Assembly (NCBI GenBank): GCA_964016885.1
Contig: OZ024740.1
Coordinates: 45,446,001 to 45,510,000, forward strand
Direction of reading: 5' to 3'
Length of the DNA: 64,000 bases
Source of the DNA: Eledone cirrhosa
Lineage: Eukaryota
Shown here: positions 1-12,500 of the stretch, piece by piece
Numbering within the stretch: position 1 is the first letter of the stretch
How the letters are laid out: every line of letters starts with the position of its first letter
Notes under the pieces: generated by a model
What the model saw: only the letters and a program-made list of their open reading frames with translations
Databases searched by the model: none
What the model was told of the DNA's origin: nothing
Translations under genes and position numbers: made by a program

Positions 1-2435
1 TAACAAAGGTCTTGCTGAGTGATGCCAAGACACCCTCGGCCTTCTTGACAATCTTAGAGACATGCTTTGTCCAACGCAAATCGCTGCTGACAGTAATGCC
101 CAGGTCACGTTCACAAGAGGACTTCTTGATATCAGTGTTGTGGAGGGAGTATGTGGATGCTGGATTTTTCCTCCCAAAATGCATGGTGGTACACTTGTCC
201 ACAGCCAGCTTCAGTTGCCAGTCTGTGATCCATTGCTGCATTGTGTCCAGGTCTGATTGTAGGAAAGAGTTGTAGATTTCAGGATCAGTCCTTTTGATTT
301 CAAGGTACAGCTTGATGTCATCTGCATATTTCAGTACCGTGGCATTCTGTAAGTTGGCATCTATGTCATTAATATATGCCACAAACAAAAGGGGACCAAG
401 AACAGATCCCTGTGGTACACCAGATGACATCTCATATGGTGAAGAATGCTGTCCTAGAACCGTGACTACTTCTTTTCGGCTGAGAATGGAGGATTTCAAC
501 CAGTCGAAAAGATCATCCCTCACACCCATTGCAGAGAGTTTTGCCATAAGTCTTTTGTGTGGCACAGAATTAAAAGCTTTAGCAAAGTCAAGGTAAACAA
601 CATCCACCCATGAGCCGCTGTCAGTGATCCGGGTGATGTCTTCAAGGAACTCGATAAGCTGATCACAGCAGTTGGAGTTAGGGATAAATCCAAACTGTGA
701 GGGCCAGATGAGGCTGTGACAGCTCCAGAATTTCCAAAGTGTTTCTCTGACACAGGATTCCATCAGTTTGGCCATACAGCTAGTAAGACTGACTGGACGA
801 TAGTTGACAGGTGACATGCGGTTGCCCTTTTTGAACAGGGGAATGACACTGGCAGTTTTCCACTGCTCCGGAGTAGCACCATTGTTGAGACAGTATTGAA
901 AGAAGAAAGAAAGCTGGCGCAAAAGGAAATACCCGCCACGTTTGAGAAGCAGGTATGTAACACCATCAAGACCATTGGGAGGCATAGTTGCGCTTATTCT
1001 TAAGGTGACGTCGCAACATTGCAGGTGTAAATTCCATAGTTGTTATGGAATTTGATGTTGGAGATGGTACATTCTGGTTTTCAACAGTAAAAATACTTGC
1101 ATAGCACTCAGCAAGGAGTTCTGCGCATTCTTTGGGATCGTCAGTGATCTGGCTTGTGTGGGGATTGCGAAGAGGACCAACTGGAGAGTGAGGTCTCTGC
1201 TTTGAATGAACATATTTCCAGAACACCTTACCGTCAGGATTGGTTGCTATGCACTGTTCAAATTCAAGCACTGCCTTCTTTGTCACTTGCTTGAGATGGT
1301 TAGAAGATTTATTCCGCTTTTTTCTGTTGGCATTTGATTTATGCAGTTTATATTCCCGTTCAGCGTTCCGACGTTCTTTCCTGGCAAGTCGGACCGCTGA
1401 AGTTTCCCAAATTGCACTTTTGGGGTGGTTTTTTTTCTGCTTACGTGGCACCGATGCTGCACACGCTATCCATATTGAGTCCAGGATGCTCTGGAGTATA
1501 GTGTTCACATCTCCAGAGTTATACATCTCATGCCAGTTTGGGCGCTGTAGCTCAGTGCAGTACAAGTTCCAATCTGCTTTCTTCCAATCAAAGCAAGCAG
1601 ATTGGAGATGTCTCTGGTTTTTGTTGCTGCCCTCAATTGCCAGATTGGCAATGATCATAGCATGATCAGAGTCGCCTAGAGGTTCCTCAGTAGTACAACT
1701 GATAACCACTTCAGAAAAAAACTTCTTCCTGTGATTCGTTCAAATCAACGCAAGGAATTACCGAAAAGTTTGAACGAACGTAGACCATCACACCACCACC
1801 ACGGAGATTAATGCGGTCATTGTGGAAAAGGTTGTACCGAGTAATGCTGAAAACCCCATCACAGAGTAAGGAATGTGCCCATGTTTCTGTGACTGTGATG
1901 AAGTCAGAGTCGATGCTTCTGACGTAGGATTCAAACAGATGTATCTTGTTGCATAAACTGCGAGCATTTAAGGACAACAATTTGTACCGTGCTCGCAGTT
2001 TATGATGGTGTGTAGAGGGTGGCAGGTTGTTCTGGTTTAGTTTCCCAGAGTTGTAACAGTTTTTTCATTGCCAGTTATTGTGGGTAGATCACACTCAGAC
2101 CAGCTGGTATCTTTCTTCCACGTTTCACCAGCCTTAACAAACCTCCAGATCTGCCCATCATCACGCAGACTAAAACTTTCATGTTGTGCTGAGTTCCGAT
2201 TCAAGGAAGCTGCAGCACGGAGCTTTGGACATACATGGGGTGGTAGGCCTGGGCGTGTTCGGAAGGTAATCCGATTTTCACGCCCAGCTTTAACAGAGGC
2301 CAGATGGTATGAGATTGCCTCAGCGGGGTCCGAAAAAGACAGCCTGATGAGTCTGGGTTTTGGACCAGGTCGACCAAGGCGGAGAGCACCCTTTCGGGGA
2401 ACACAGCCTAGGTCTTTGGCTGAGCTGGCAGAAAA
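1..2435 (-). mobile_element. Decayed CR1-like LINE: ORF1 C-terminus, APE endonuclease and reverse transcriptase; runs off the window start
   Basis: Minus strand reads an ORF1-like LRLGRPGPKPRLIRL (2037-2435), an endonuclease LNARSLCNK..VTETW..RGGGVMVYV..SDH (966-1980) and RT motifs YLDFAKAF, GVPQGSVLGPLLF and KYADD (~317-600). Stops and frameshifts split it into several ORFs. Confidence 0.92.
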
Positions 2436-2608
2436 TGTAAGAACCTTTAAGTTATGTTCCAAATACTAGCTTACTAATGAGAAAATTATTTATATAATTA
2501 AATCCCTCCAAATTCTTGATTATTTTCAGAAGTATAGGTAGTATTTTTCATTAGAAATATGGTAACAAAAGGGTTAATTACAATTAAAGAAATGAAAGGT
2601 TTACATAC

Positions 2609-2649
2609 ATTATAAGGTAGAGATTGTTTCATCATTTGTAGAGCCTGTG
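2609..2649 (-). CDS. MTF2: PCL/MTF2-like exon (41 nt)
   Basis: ttttag|CA CAG GCT CTA CAA ATG ATG AAA CAA TCT CTA CCT TAT AAT|gtatgt; [14 protein letters not shown]. Confidence 0.85.
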
Positions 2650-5136
2650 CTAAAAGTGAAAAAAACAAACAAACAAAACAATTACTGCAACAGATGCAAT
2701 AAAATAATAGAGGAAAACAAAGCGAAAATTTTATAAATATAATTTTTTAAAAAATAAATACAACAGTTTTTCTGATTAAAAAAAACAAAACGTTGACTAC
2801 ATCTTTGCATATCATAGGGTTGATGCCAAAAAAGGCATCTGGCTATAAAATGATCTGTCCACTAGTAGAGATACAGTAAACATTTGAATTAACAAACATG
2901 TTTTTACATATTTTCTAGTAAATTATTACAGGATTGTTAAGAGTTATACAATGCTCCAAACACCAAATCAATAATGAGAAAGTTGGTTATATTACTAAAT
3001 CCCTCCAAATTCTCGAATTTTAAAATGGACAGTATGGTAATGAAACGGTTAAATTTTATACCCAAAAAAGTATTTAAAAAAAAATTATTTACAGTATCAG
3101 ATATTTGAACACTCACTCACCATTAGGTCCACTCTTTAAAGCACCTCCACGCTGAAAAGATTTGGGGGCGAAATTTAAAGTAAGAATTATACTGAAGAAA
3201 AATGTTTTGTGCGAACGTATTATAGAAAACAATTATTTTAAAACTAAAACTGTACTAACCCTTTTTGTAACAAACAGCCTGAAACTAACCCCGACTCTAC
3301 GACACAAAACTGTTTGAAATTTAAAAACAGTCACCAAAATTCAGATAACTATAATAATAATAGTTGAATAAGTTGGGTAAAGTATCACTGAAGATGGAAA
3401 TAAGTTGTTACAGACACAGGAATCACACAATGCATCTCTATGTTCCTGTCCAATTTTCTCCATCTCCAAACTTATTCAACTATTATTATAGTTATCTGCA
3501 TTGAGATGACTACACATTTAAATTTTTAATTTCTCAATGCTTTGTCAGTATATTCATCTAAAAACCTTCCATTCTAAACACCTGCATAATAATGAGAATG
3601 TTAGTTATTTTAACTCGAAATTCTTTAAAAGCCTTAGTGTCTTTCATTAGAAAGATGGTAATGAAAAAGTTAAAAGCCAGAGGCAGTGTCGTTCATTAAA
3701 AAGATGGTAATGAAAGGGTTAAAGACAGACAGTGTCTTTCATTAGAAATATGGTAATGAAAAGGTTAGACACAGGCAATGTCTTTCATTAAAAACGTTTC
3801 GGTGATCTTATTTCCTATTCCTGTACATCACTCGGCTGCAATGACCATCAGTAGAAATAACACTTAATATCTATCTAAACCTACTAAACCTAGGTTTTTT
3901 CCTTGGGAAGTGTTGTGATATAAATTTTAACTAAGGACTGATACAAAACCATTACTTACCTAAAAGTACTAACTAACAAAATAACACTGCAGATCAATAA
4001 CCTATATACTAAATATTTGATCACCATCATTAATTTTGTGTTTGTTTTCCTAAGCTGGAATTGGGTGGACAAGATTTTTTGAGCAGAATTCTACACCAAC
4101 CTTGTTGTTTTTTTTTTTAAGGTAGGGATCTGCTGAGCAGTGGTATCTCTGTTTACGCAGAACTTAAATATGACCACCTGTGATATCGAATGCAAAGAGA
4201 AGAGACAAACACAGGCATTATTATCATCATACGTCCATTTTCCACATTGGCATGGTTTAAACAAGATCGTTATGGACCAGGCTAGTACTTATTTAGAGTT
4301 ACTGTCCTTCTAGACAGACCAGGATCCACGTTTCACTCAACAGATTCCATTTGGGGCATGGTTTCTATGGCTGGATGCCTTTTTTAACACTAATTATGAC
4401 AAGATTCCTTACAGATTCTGGCTACCAAATTCAGACAATATATTAGTTGATCCATGGCTATAGTAGAAGATACTTGCCCAAGGTGCCATATAGTCAAATA
4501 GAAGCCAAAACCACATATATAATCCAATCAGATACACACAATCATTTTTAAGATATCAAAATAAGTATTTACTTTTCAATGAACCCAGTATTTATAAAAG
4601 TTTTAAATATATATACTTGTATTTTTGGATGTGTATCATCACCATCGTTTAATATCTATTTTCCTGTTAGCAAGGGCTGAACATGTCACTGACTGATCAG
4701 TACTTAAACCTCAGCCCTCTAGGTGGGTCAGAAGCTCGACATATGATCCCATGCTCTACCAAGTGCATTTTAGCATGACACAAACACTAGGAAAGTGGCC
4801 ATGTCCTTCACACAGCAGAAGAGAGTATTTCAGACCCTTCATTTGTCAGGTTTTCAATGGCTGATTGCCCTCCCTACCACCAACCACTTTTGAGGGTACT
4901 GAGAGATAGTTCATATATATGTGTGAGTGTATGTGTATATATGTATGTATATATATATCAAATTAGATAACTATAATTTTTTTTTCTGCAACCCCTACTT
5001 CTAAAAAACTATAATTTATTTTGTATAAATTAATTACTTTTTGTTGTGTACTGTAAATGTATGCATATAAAAAAAATATTAGGTGCATCTTCAACTCTTC
5101 ATTTTTCCTATATAACGTGATTTGTACAGAATTCTT

Positions 5137-5188
<52 letters not shown>

Positions 5189-5465
5189 TTTTTTTCCATT
5201 TTACATCCGCTTTTCCCTGCTTACATACATGCATATATATATACTCACATACACACATTATGTGAAAGCACAAAAATAGTTATGTAACAGTGTGTAGATT
5301 AATGATACGTACGAACATACTAACTAGTTCAGTGCAATTAACTTATATTAAATAAGGCACTCACTTTTACAGTTGTAGCAAAGACACACAAACGGCAGAG
5401 CCATTCGACTTCAGGATCTAAAACCTGAGTATCAATGGCAGGCTTGTGGCAAAGTTGATGGTAAC
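2609..5465 (-). CDS. MTF2: Polycomb-like protein (PCL family: MTF2/PHF1/PHF19), partial; join complement(5365-5465, 3121-3151, 2609-2649)
   Basis: Three AG..GT-bounded, phase-compatible exons translate to [58 protein letters not shown]. This matches the end of PHD1 and the following linker of MTF2/PCL as I recall it. Which vertebrate paralogue is closest is uncertain. Confidence 0.88.
3121..3151 (-). CDS. MTF2: PCL/MTF2-like exon (31 nt)
   Basis: ttttcag|CGT GGA GGT GCT TTA AAG AGT GGA CCT AAT G|gtgagt; [10 protein letters not shown]. Confidence 0.85.
3343..3498. repeat. Foldback / inverted-repeat element (MITE-like)
   Basis: cagataactataataataatagttgaataagttgg (3343-3377) is nearly the reverse complement of ccaaacttattcaactattattatagttatctg (3466-3498). 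A related copy is near 41955-42085. Confidence 0.6.
3636..3793. repeat. About 3.5 tandem copies of a ~47-bp MITE terminus
   Basis: Unit agtgtctttcattagaaa(g/t)atggtaatgaaa(a/g)ggttaaa..agaggc is repeated. Confidence 0.75.
5365..5465 (-). CDS. MTF2: PCL/MTF2-like exon (PHD1 C-terminal half, 101 nt)
   Basis: tag|GT TAC CAT CAA..GTA AAA|gtgagt; YHQLCH..WLCRLC. Confidence 0.9.
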
Positions 5466-5748
5466 CTAGAGAGATGGAAAAAGAAACACAACAATGTTAT
5501 CCCAAACACATATTGAATATCTGAAGAAAGATATTTTAGTTAGAGGGAATCTGCCGGCATTGTTGTTGTGAGACAAACAAGAATAATAATGGCCAGGTAA
5601 TTAGTTAAAATTAATTTTAGAAGCTTATTTACATTACATTTTACTATTTAAATTTTTTCAAATTTTACAGTAGTTTAAATATATAATTCAAGATAGATTA
5701 GTTACATATAAATTTTTTTAATATTTTACTTAACAGTGCTGTTACTTA

Positions 5749-6147
5749 TTAACCCTTTTTATACCAAATTGCTTGAAACCACCCTTTATTCTACAATACA
5801 GAACAGTTTTAAAATATTTATCACTTTATGTCCACGACTAGACAGGTTGAGGTGTGGAGAGGGGACAAATCTTGCTTTTACATTCCATTTTTGGCATGAT
5901 TTTTATGTCTAGATGCCCTTCCTAATACCAACCACTACAGCGTGTAATGGGTCCATCATGGCACCAGCATTACCTCTTTATATTTATATAAAACCTTCCC
6001 ATCATAAGAAACTTTGTGAAGTTATGTCCCAATCATCAGCTTAATGAGAAAGTTAGTTATTTAAATCCATTTAAATTCTTATTTTCAAAATTAATTGAAA
6101 ATCATAGGCAGTGTCTTTTATTAGGAATATAACAACAAAAGGGTTAA
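5749..6147. mobile_element. Non-autonomous TTAA-flanked (piggyBac-like) MITE with an internal retro-element fragment
   Basis: Begins TTAACCCTTTT and ends AAAAGGGTTAA. The same AT-rich body recurs at 2436-2577, 3257-3722, 24915-25065, 37590-37712 and 38519-38680. Confidence 0.6.
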
Positions 6148-6564
6148 TGTGTAGTCTCTAATAACTTAAATAAGAAACATGTTAATAGATAACTCCTATC
6201 TTCAACAACTGTTGAATAATCTAAAGAGACTAACTGGATTAGTTTTAATTATCATAATTGTTAATGAGTTTTAAAAAATGATGTTAGGTAGATGAGGAAA
6301 TAGAGGTGGTGAGAGTGGGACACAGAAGATAGGGTAAATTGAAGAGGCTTGTCATGGGACCTGTTAGGCTAACCCCTATTTTAGCAGGGAAAATTACCTT
6401 AAAATGTTTGTTGTTTGTGTTATTGTTAGCTGGAAAGCAAGGAGTGTGGCCTTTGTAAACTCTCCAAAACTGATCAGATAGATGCAAATGATTTAACTGG
6501 ATTAGCTGTAAGTTGCAATCAATAGAAGAGGGACATCTTGTCAATGTGGGCAGCAAGAAAACTG

Positions 6565-9500
6565 GTGTGAGGAGAGTGTGAGAAGCCTGTGTGTTGGTGT
6601 AGGAGAGTGTGAGAAGCCTGTGTGTTGGTGTAGGAGAGTGTGAGAAGCCTGTGTGTTGCTGTAGGAGAGTGTGAGAAGCCTGTGTGTTGGTGTAGGAGTG
6701 TGAGAAGCCTGTGTGTTGGTGTAGGGGAGTGTGAGAAGCCGGTGTGTTGGTGTAGGAGTGTGAGAAGCCTGTGTGTTGGTGTAGGGGAGTCTGAGAAGCC
6801 TGTGTGGTGGTGAAGGAGAGTGTGAGAAGCCGGTGTGTTGGTGTAGGGGAGTGTGAGAAGCCGGTGTGTTGGTGTAGGAGTGTGTGAGAAGCCTGTGTGT
6901 TGGTGTAGGGGAGTGTGAGAAGCCGGTGTGTTGGTGTAGGGGAGTGTGAGAAGCCGGTGTGTTGGTGTAGGGGAGTGTGAGAAGCCGGTGTGTTGGTGTA
7001 GGAGTGTGTGAGAAGCCTGTGTGTTGGTGTAGGAGAGTGAGAAGCCTGTGTGTTGGTGTAGGAGAGTGAGAAGCCAGTGTGTTGGTGTAGGGGAGTGTGA
7101 GAAGCCTGTGTGTTGGTGTAGGTGTGTGAGAAGCCGGTGTGTTGGTGTAGGAGAGTGTGAGAAGCCTGTGTGTTGGTGTAGGAGTGTGTGAGAAGCCGGT
7201 GTGTTGGTGTAGGGGAGTGTGAGAAGCCTGTGTGTTGGTGTAGGAGTGTGTGAGAAGCCGGTGTGTTGGTGTAGGGGAGTGTGAGAAGCCTGTGTGTTGG
7301 TGTAGGAGTGTGAGAAGCCGGTGTGTTGGTGTAGGAGTGTGTGAGAAGCCGGTGTGTTGGTGTAGGAGAGTGTGAGAAGCCTGTGTGTTGGTGTAGGAGT
7401 GTGTGAGAAGCCGGTGTGTTGGTGTAGGAGAGTGTGAGAAGCCTGTGTGTTGGTGTAGGAGTGTGTGAGAAGCCGGTGTGTTGGTGTAGGGGAGTGTGAG
7501 AAGCCTGTGTGTTGGTGTAGGAGAGTGTGAGAAGCCTGTGTGTTGGTGTAGGAGTGTGAGAAGCCGGTGTGTTGGTGTAGGAGTGTGAGAAGCCGGTGTG
7601 TTGGTGTAGGAGAGTGTGAGAAGCCTGTGTGTTGGTGTAGGGGAGTGTGAGAAGTCTGTGTGTTGGTGTAGGAGAGTGTGAGAAGCCTGTGTGTTAGTGT
7701 AGGAGAGTGTGAGAAGCCGGTGTGTTGGTGTAGGAGAGAGTGAGAAGCTGGTGTGTTGGTGTAGGGGAGTGTGAGAAGCCTGTGTGTTGGTGTAGGAGTG
7801 TGTGAGAAGCCTGTGTGTTGGTGTAGGAGAGTGTGAGAAGCCTGTGTGTTGGTGTAGGGGAGTGTGAGAAGCCGGTGTGTTGGTGTAGGGGAGTGTGAGA
7901 AGCCTGTGTGTTGGTGTAGGAGTGTGTGAGAAGCCTGTGTGTTGGTGTAGGAGTGTGTGAGAAGCCTGTGTGTTGGTGTAGGGGAGTGTGAGAAGCCTGT
8001 GTGTTGGTGTAGGAGTGTGTGAGAAGCCGGTGTGTTGGTGTAGGAGTGTGTGAGAAGCCTGTGTGTTGGTGTAGGAGAGTGTGAGAAGCCGGTGTGTTGG
8101 TGTAGGAGAGTGTGAGAAGCCTGTGTGTTGGTGTAGGGGAGTGTGAGAAGCCGGTGTGTTGGTGTAGGGGAGTGTGAGAAGCCGGTGTGTTGGTGTAGGA
8201 GAGTGTGAGAAGCCGGTGTGTTGGTGTAGGAGAGTGTGAGAAGCCTGTGTGTTGGTGTAGGAGAGTGTGAGAAGCCGGTGTGTTGGTGTAGGAGAGTGTG
8301 AGAAGCCTGTGTGTTGGTGTAGGGGAGTGTGAGAAGCCGGTGTGTTGGTGTAGGGGAGTGTGAGAAGCCGGTGTGTTGGTGTAGGGGAGTGTGAGAAGCC
8401 GGTGTGTTGGTGTAGGAGAGTGTGAGAAGCCGGTGTGTTGGTGTAGGAGTGTGTGAGAAGCCGGTGTGTTGGTGTAGGGGAGTGTGAGAAGCCGGTGTGT
8501 TGGTGTAGGAGTGTGTGAGAAGCCTGTGTGTTGGTGTAGGAGTGTGAGAAGCTGGTGTGTTGGTGTAGGGGAGTGTGAGAAGCCTGTGTGTTGGTGTAGG
8601 AGAGTGTGAGAAGCCTGTGTGTTGGTGTAGGAGAGTGTGAGAAGCCGGTGTGTTGGTGTAGGGGAGTGTGAGAAGCCTGTGTGTTGGTGTAGGAGAGTGT
8701 GAGAAGCCTGTGTGTTGGTGTAGGAGAGTGTGAGAAGCCTGTGTGTTGGTGTAGGAGAGTGTGAGAAGCCTGTGTGTTGGTGTAGGGGAGTGTGAGAAGC
8801 CTGTGTGTTGGTGTAGGAGAGTGTGAGAAGCCTGTGTGTTGGTGTAGGAGAGTGTGAGAAGCCGGTGTGTTGGTGTAGGGGAGTGTGAGAAGCCTGTGTG
8901 TTGGTGTAGGAGAGTGTGAGAAGCCGGTGTGTTGGTGTAGGAGAGTGTAAGAAGCCTGTGTGTTGGTGTAGGGGAGTGTGAGAAGCCTGTGTGTTGGTGT
9001 AGGGGAGTGTGAGAAGCCGGTGTGTTGGTGTAGGGGAGTGTGAGAAGCCGGTGTGTTGGTGTAGGAGTGTGTGAGAAGCCTGTGTGTTGGTGTAGGAGAG
9101 TGAGAAGCCTGTGTGTTGGTGTAGGAGAGTGAGAAGCCAGTGTGTTGGTGTAGGGGAGTGTGAGAAGCCTGTGTGTTGGTGTAGGAGTGTGAGAAGCCGG
9201 TGTGTTGGTGTAGGAGAGTGTGAGAAGCCTGTGTGTTGGTGTAGGAGTGTGTGAGAAGCCGGTGTGTTGGTGTAGGGGAGTGTGAGAAGCCTGTGTGTTG
9301 GTGTAGGAGTGTGTGAGAAGCCGGTGTGTTGGTGTAGGGGAGTGTGAGAACCCTGTGTGTTGGTGTAGGAGAGTGTGAGAAGCCTGTGTGTTGGTGTAGG
9401 AGTGTGAGAAGCCGGTGTGTTGGTGTAGGAGAGAGTGAGAAGCTGGTGTGTTGGTGTAGGGGAGTGTGAGAAGCCTGTGTGTTGGTGTAGGAGTGTGTGA

Positions 9501-12500
9501 GAAGCCGGTGTGTTGGTGTAGGGGAGTGTGAGAAGCCTGTGTGTTGGTGTAGGAGTGTGTGAGAAGCCGGTGTGTTGGTGTAGGGGAGTGTGAGAAGCCT
9601 GTGTGTTGGTGTAGGAGAGTGTGAGAAGCCTGTGTGTTGGTGTAGGAGTGTGAGAAGCTGGTGTGTTGGTGTAGGAGTGTGAGAAGCCGGTGTGTTGGTG
9701 TAGGAGAGTGTGAGAAGCCTGTGTGTTGGTGTAGGGGAGTGTGAGAAGTCTGTGTGTTGGTGTAGGAGAGTGTGAGAAGCCTGTGTGTTAGTGTAGGAGA
9801 GTGTGAGAAGCCGGTGTGTTGGTGTAGGAGAGAGTGAGAAGCTGGTGTGTTGGTGTAGGGGAGTGTGAGAAGCCTGTGTGTTGGTGTAGGAGTGTGTGAG
9901 AAGCCTGTGTGTTGGTGTAGGAGAGTGTGAGAAGCCTGTGTGTTGGTGTAGGGGAGTGTGAGAAGCCGGTGTGTTGGTGTAGGGGAGTGTGAGAAGCCTG
10001 TGTGTTGGTGTAGGAGTGTGTGAGAAGCCTGTGTGTTGGTGTAGGAGTGTGTGAGAAGCCTGTGTGTTGGTGTAGGGGAGTGTGAGAAGCCTGTGTGTTG
10101 GTGTAGGAGTGTGTGAGAAGCCGGTGTGTTGGTGTAGGAGTGTGTGAGAAGCCGGTGTGTTGGTGTAGGAGAGTGTGAGAAGCCTGTGTGTTGGTGTAGG
10201 GGAGTGTGAGAAGCCGGTGTGTTGGTGTAGGGGAGTGTGAGAAGCCGGTGTGTTGGTGTAGGAGAGTGTGAGAAGCCGGTGTGTTGGTGTAGGAGAGTGT
10301 GAGAAGCCGGTGTGTTGGTGTAGGAGAGTGTGAGAAGCCGGTGTGTTGGTGTAGGAGAGTGTGAGAAGCCTGTGTGTTGGTGTAGGGGAGTGTGAGAAGC
10401 CGGTGTGTTGGTGTAGGGGAGTGTGAGAAGCCGGTGTGTTGGTGTAGGAGAGTGTGAGAAGCCGGTGTGTTGGTGTAGGAGTGTGTGAGAAGCCGGTGTG
10501 TTGGTGTAGGAGTGTGTGAGAAGCCTGTGTGTTGGTGTAGGGGAGTGTGAGAAGCCGGTGTGTTGGTGTAGGAGTGTGTGAGAAGCCTGTGTGTTGGTGT
10601 AGGAGTGTGAGAAGCTGGTGTGTTGGTGTAGGGGAGTGTGAGAAGCCTGTGTGTTGGTGTAGGAGAGTGTGAGAAGCCTGTGTGTTGGTGTAGGAGAGTG
10701 TGAGAAGCCGGTGTGTTGGTGTAGGGGAGTGTGAGAAGCCTGTGTGTTGGTGTAGGAGAATGTGAGAAGCCTGTGTGTTGGTGTAGGAGAGTGTGAGAAG
10801 CCTGTGTGTTGGTGTAGGAGAGTGTGAGAAGCCTGTGTGTTGGTGTAGGGGAGTGTGAGAAGCCTGTGTGTTGGTGTAGGAGAGTGTGAGAAGCCTGTGT
10901 GTTGGTGTAGGAGAGTGTGAGAAGCCGGTGTGTTCGTGTAGGTGAGTGTGAGAAGCCTGTGTGTTGGTGTAGGGGAGTGTGAGAAGCCGGTGTGTTGGTG
11001 TAGGGGAGTGTGAGAAGCCTGTGTGTTGGTGTAGGAGAGTGTGAGAAGCCTGTGTGTTGGTGTAGGAGAGTGTGAGAAGCCGGTGTGTTGGTGTAGGAGA
11101 GTGTGAGAAGCCTGTGTGTTGGTGTAGGGGAGTGTGAGAAGCCTGTGTGTTGGTGTAGGGGAGTGTGAGAAGCCTGTGTGTTGGTGTAGGGGAGTGTGAG
11201 AAGCCTGTGTGTTGGTGTAGGAGAGTGTGAGAAGCCTGTGTGTTGGTGTAGGAGTGTGTGAGAAGCCTGTGTGTTGGTGTAGGGGAGTGTGAGAAGCCGT
11301 TGTGTTGGTGTAGGGGAGTGTGAGAAGCCTGTGTGTTGGTGTAGGAGAGTGTGAGAAGCCGGTGTGTTGGTGTAGGAGTGTGTGAGAAGCCGGTGTGTTG
11401 GTGTAGGAGAGTGTGAGAAGCCTGTGTGTTGGTGTAGGAGTGTGTGAGAAGCCGGTGTGTTGGTGTAGGAGAGTGTGAGAAGCCTGTGTGTTGGTGTAGG
11501 AGTGTGTGAGAAGCCGGTGTGTTGGTGTAGGGGAGTGTGAGAAGCCTGTGTGTTGGTGTAGGAGAGTGTGAGAAGCCTGTGTGTTGGTGTAGGAGTGTGA
11601 GAAGCTGGTGTGTTGGTGTAGGAGTGTGAGAAGCCGGTGTGTTGGTGTAGGAGAGTGTGAGAAGCCTGTGTGTTGGTGTAGGGGAGTGTGAGAAGTCTGT
11701 GTGTTGGTGTAGGAGAGTGTGAGAAGCCTGTGTGTTAGTGTAGGAGAGTGTGAGAAGCCGGTGTGTTGGTGTAGGAGAGAGTGAGAAGCTGGTGTGTTGG
11801 TGTAGGAGAGTGTGAGAAGCCTGTGTGTTGGTGTAGGAGTGTGTGAGAAGCCTGTGTGTTGGTGTAGGAGAGTGTGAGAAGCCTGTGTGTTGGTGTAGGG
11901 GAGTGTGAGAAGCCGGTGTGTTGGTGTAGGGGAGTGTGAGAAGCCTGTGTGTTGGTGTAGGAGTGTGTGAGAAGCCTGTGTGTTGGTGTAGGAGTGTGTG
12001 AGAAGCCTGTGTGTTGGTGTAGGGGAGTGTGAGAAGCCTGTGTGTTGGTGTAGGAGTGTGTGAGAAGCCGGTGTGTTGGTGTAGGAGTGTGTGAGAAGCC
12101 TGTGTGTTGGTGTAGGAGAGTGTGAGAAGCCGGTGTGTTGGTGTAGGAGAGTGTGAGAAGCCTGTGTGTTGGTGTAGGGGAGTGTGAGAAGCCGGTGTGT
12201 TGGTGTAGGGGAGTGTGAGAAGCCGGTGTGTTGGTGTAGGAGAGTGTGAGAAGCCGGTGTGTTGGTGTAGGAGAGTGTGAGAAGCCTGTGTGTTGGTGTA
12301 GGAGAGTGTGAGAAGCCGGTGTGTTGGTGTAGGAGAGTGTGAGAAGCCTGTGTGTTGGTGTAGGGGAGTGTGAGAAGCCGGTGTGTTGGTGTAGGGGAGT
12401 GTGAGAAGCCGGTGTGTTGGTGTAGGAGAGTGTGAGAAGCCGGTGTGTTGGTGTAGGAGTGTGTGAGAAGCCGGTGTGTTGGTGTAGGAGTGTCTGAGAA

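Noticed and set aside
2037-2462. ORF 2037-2462 as a complete gene or complete LINE ORF1
   Set aside because: Its first ~9 codons come from the adjacent AT-rich MITE; the rest is a 5'-truncated CR1 ORF1 remnant.
6284-6556. Possible further PCL exon (AAG|gtaatt donor-like site near 6397)
   Set aside because: No reading frame gives the expected Tudor or PHD1 sequence and there is no convincing acceptor; probably decayed repeat.
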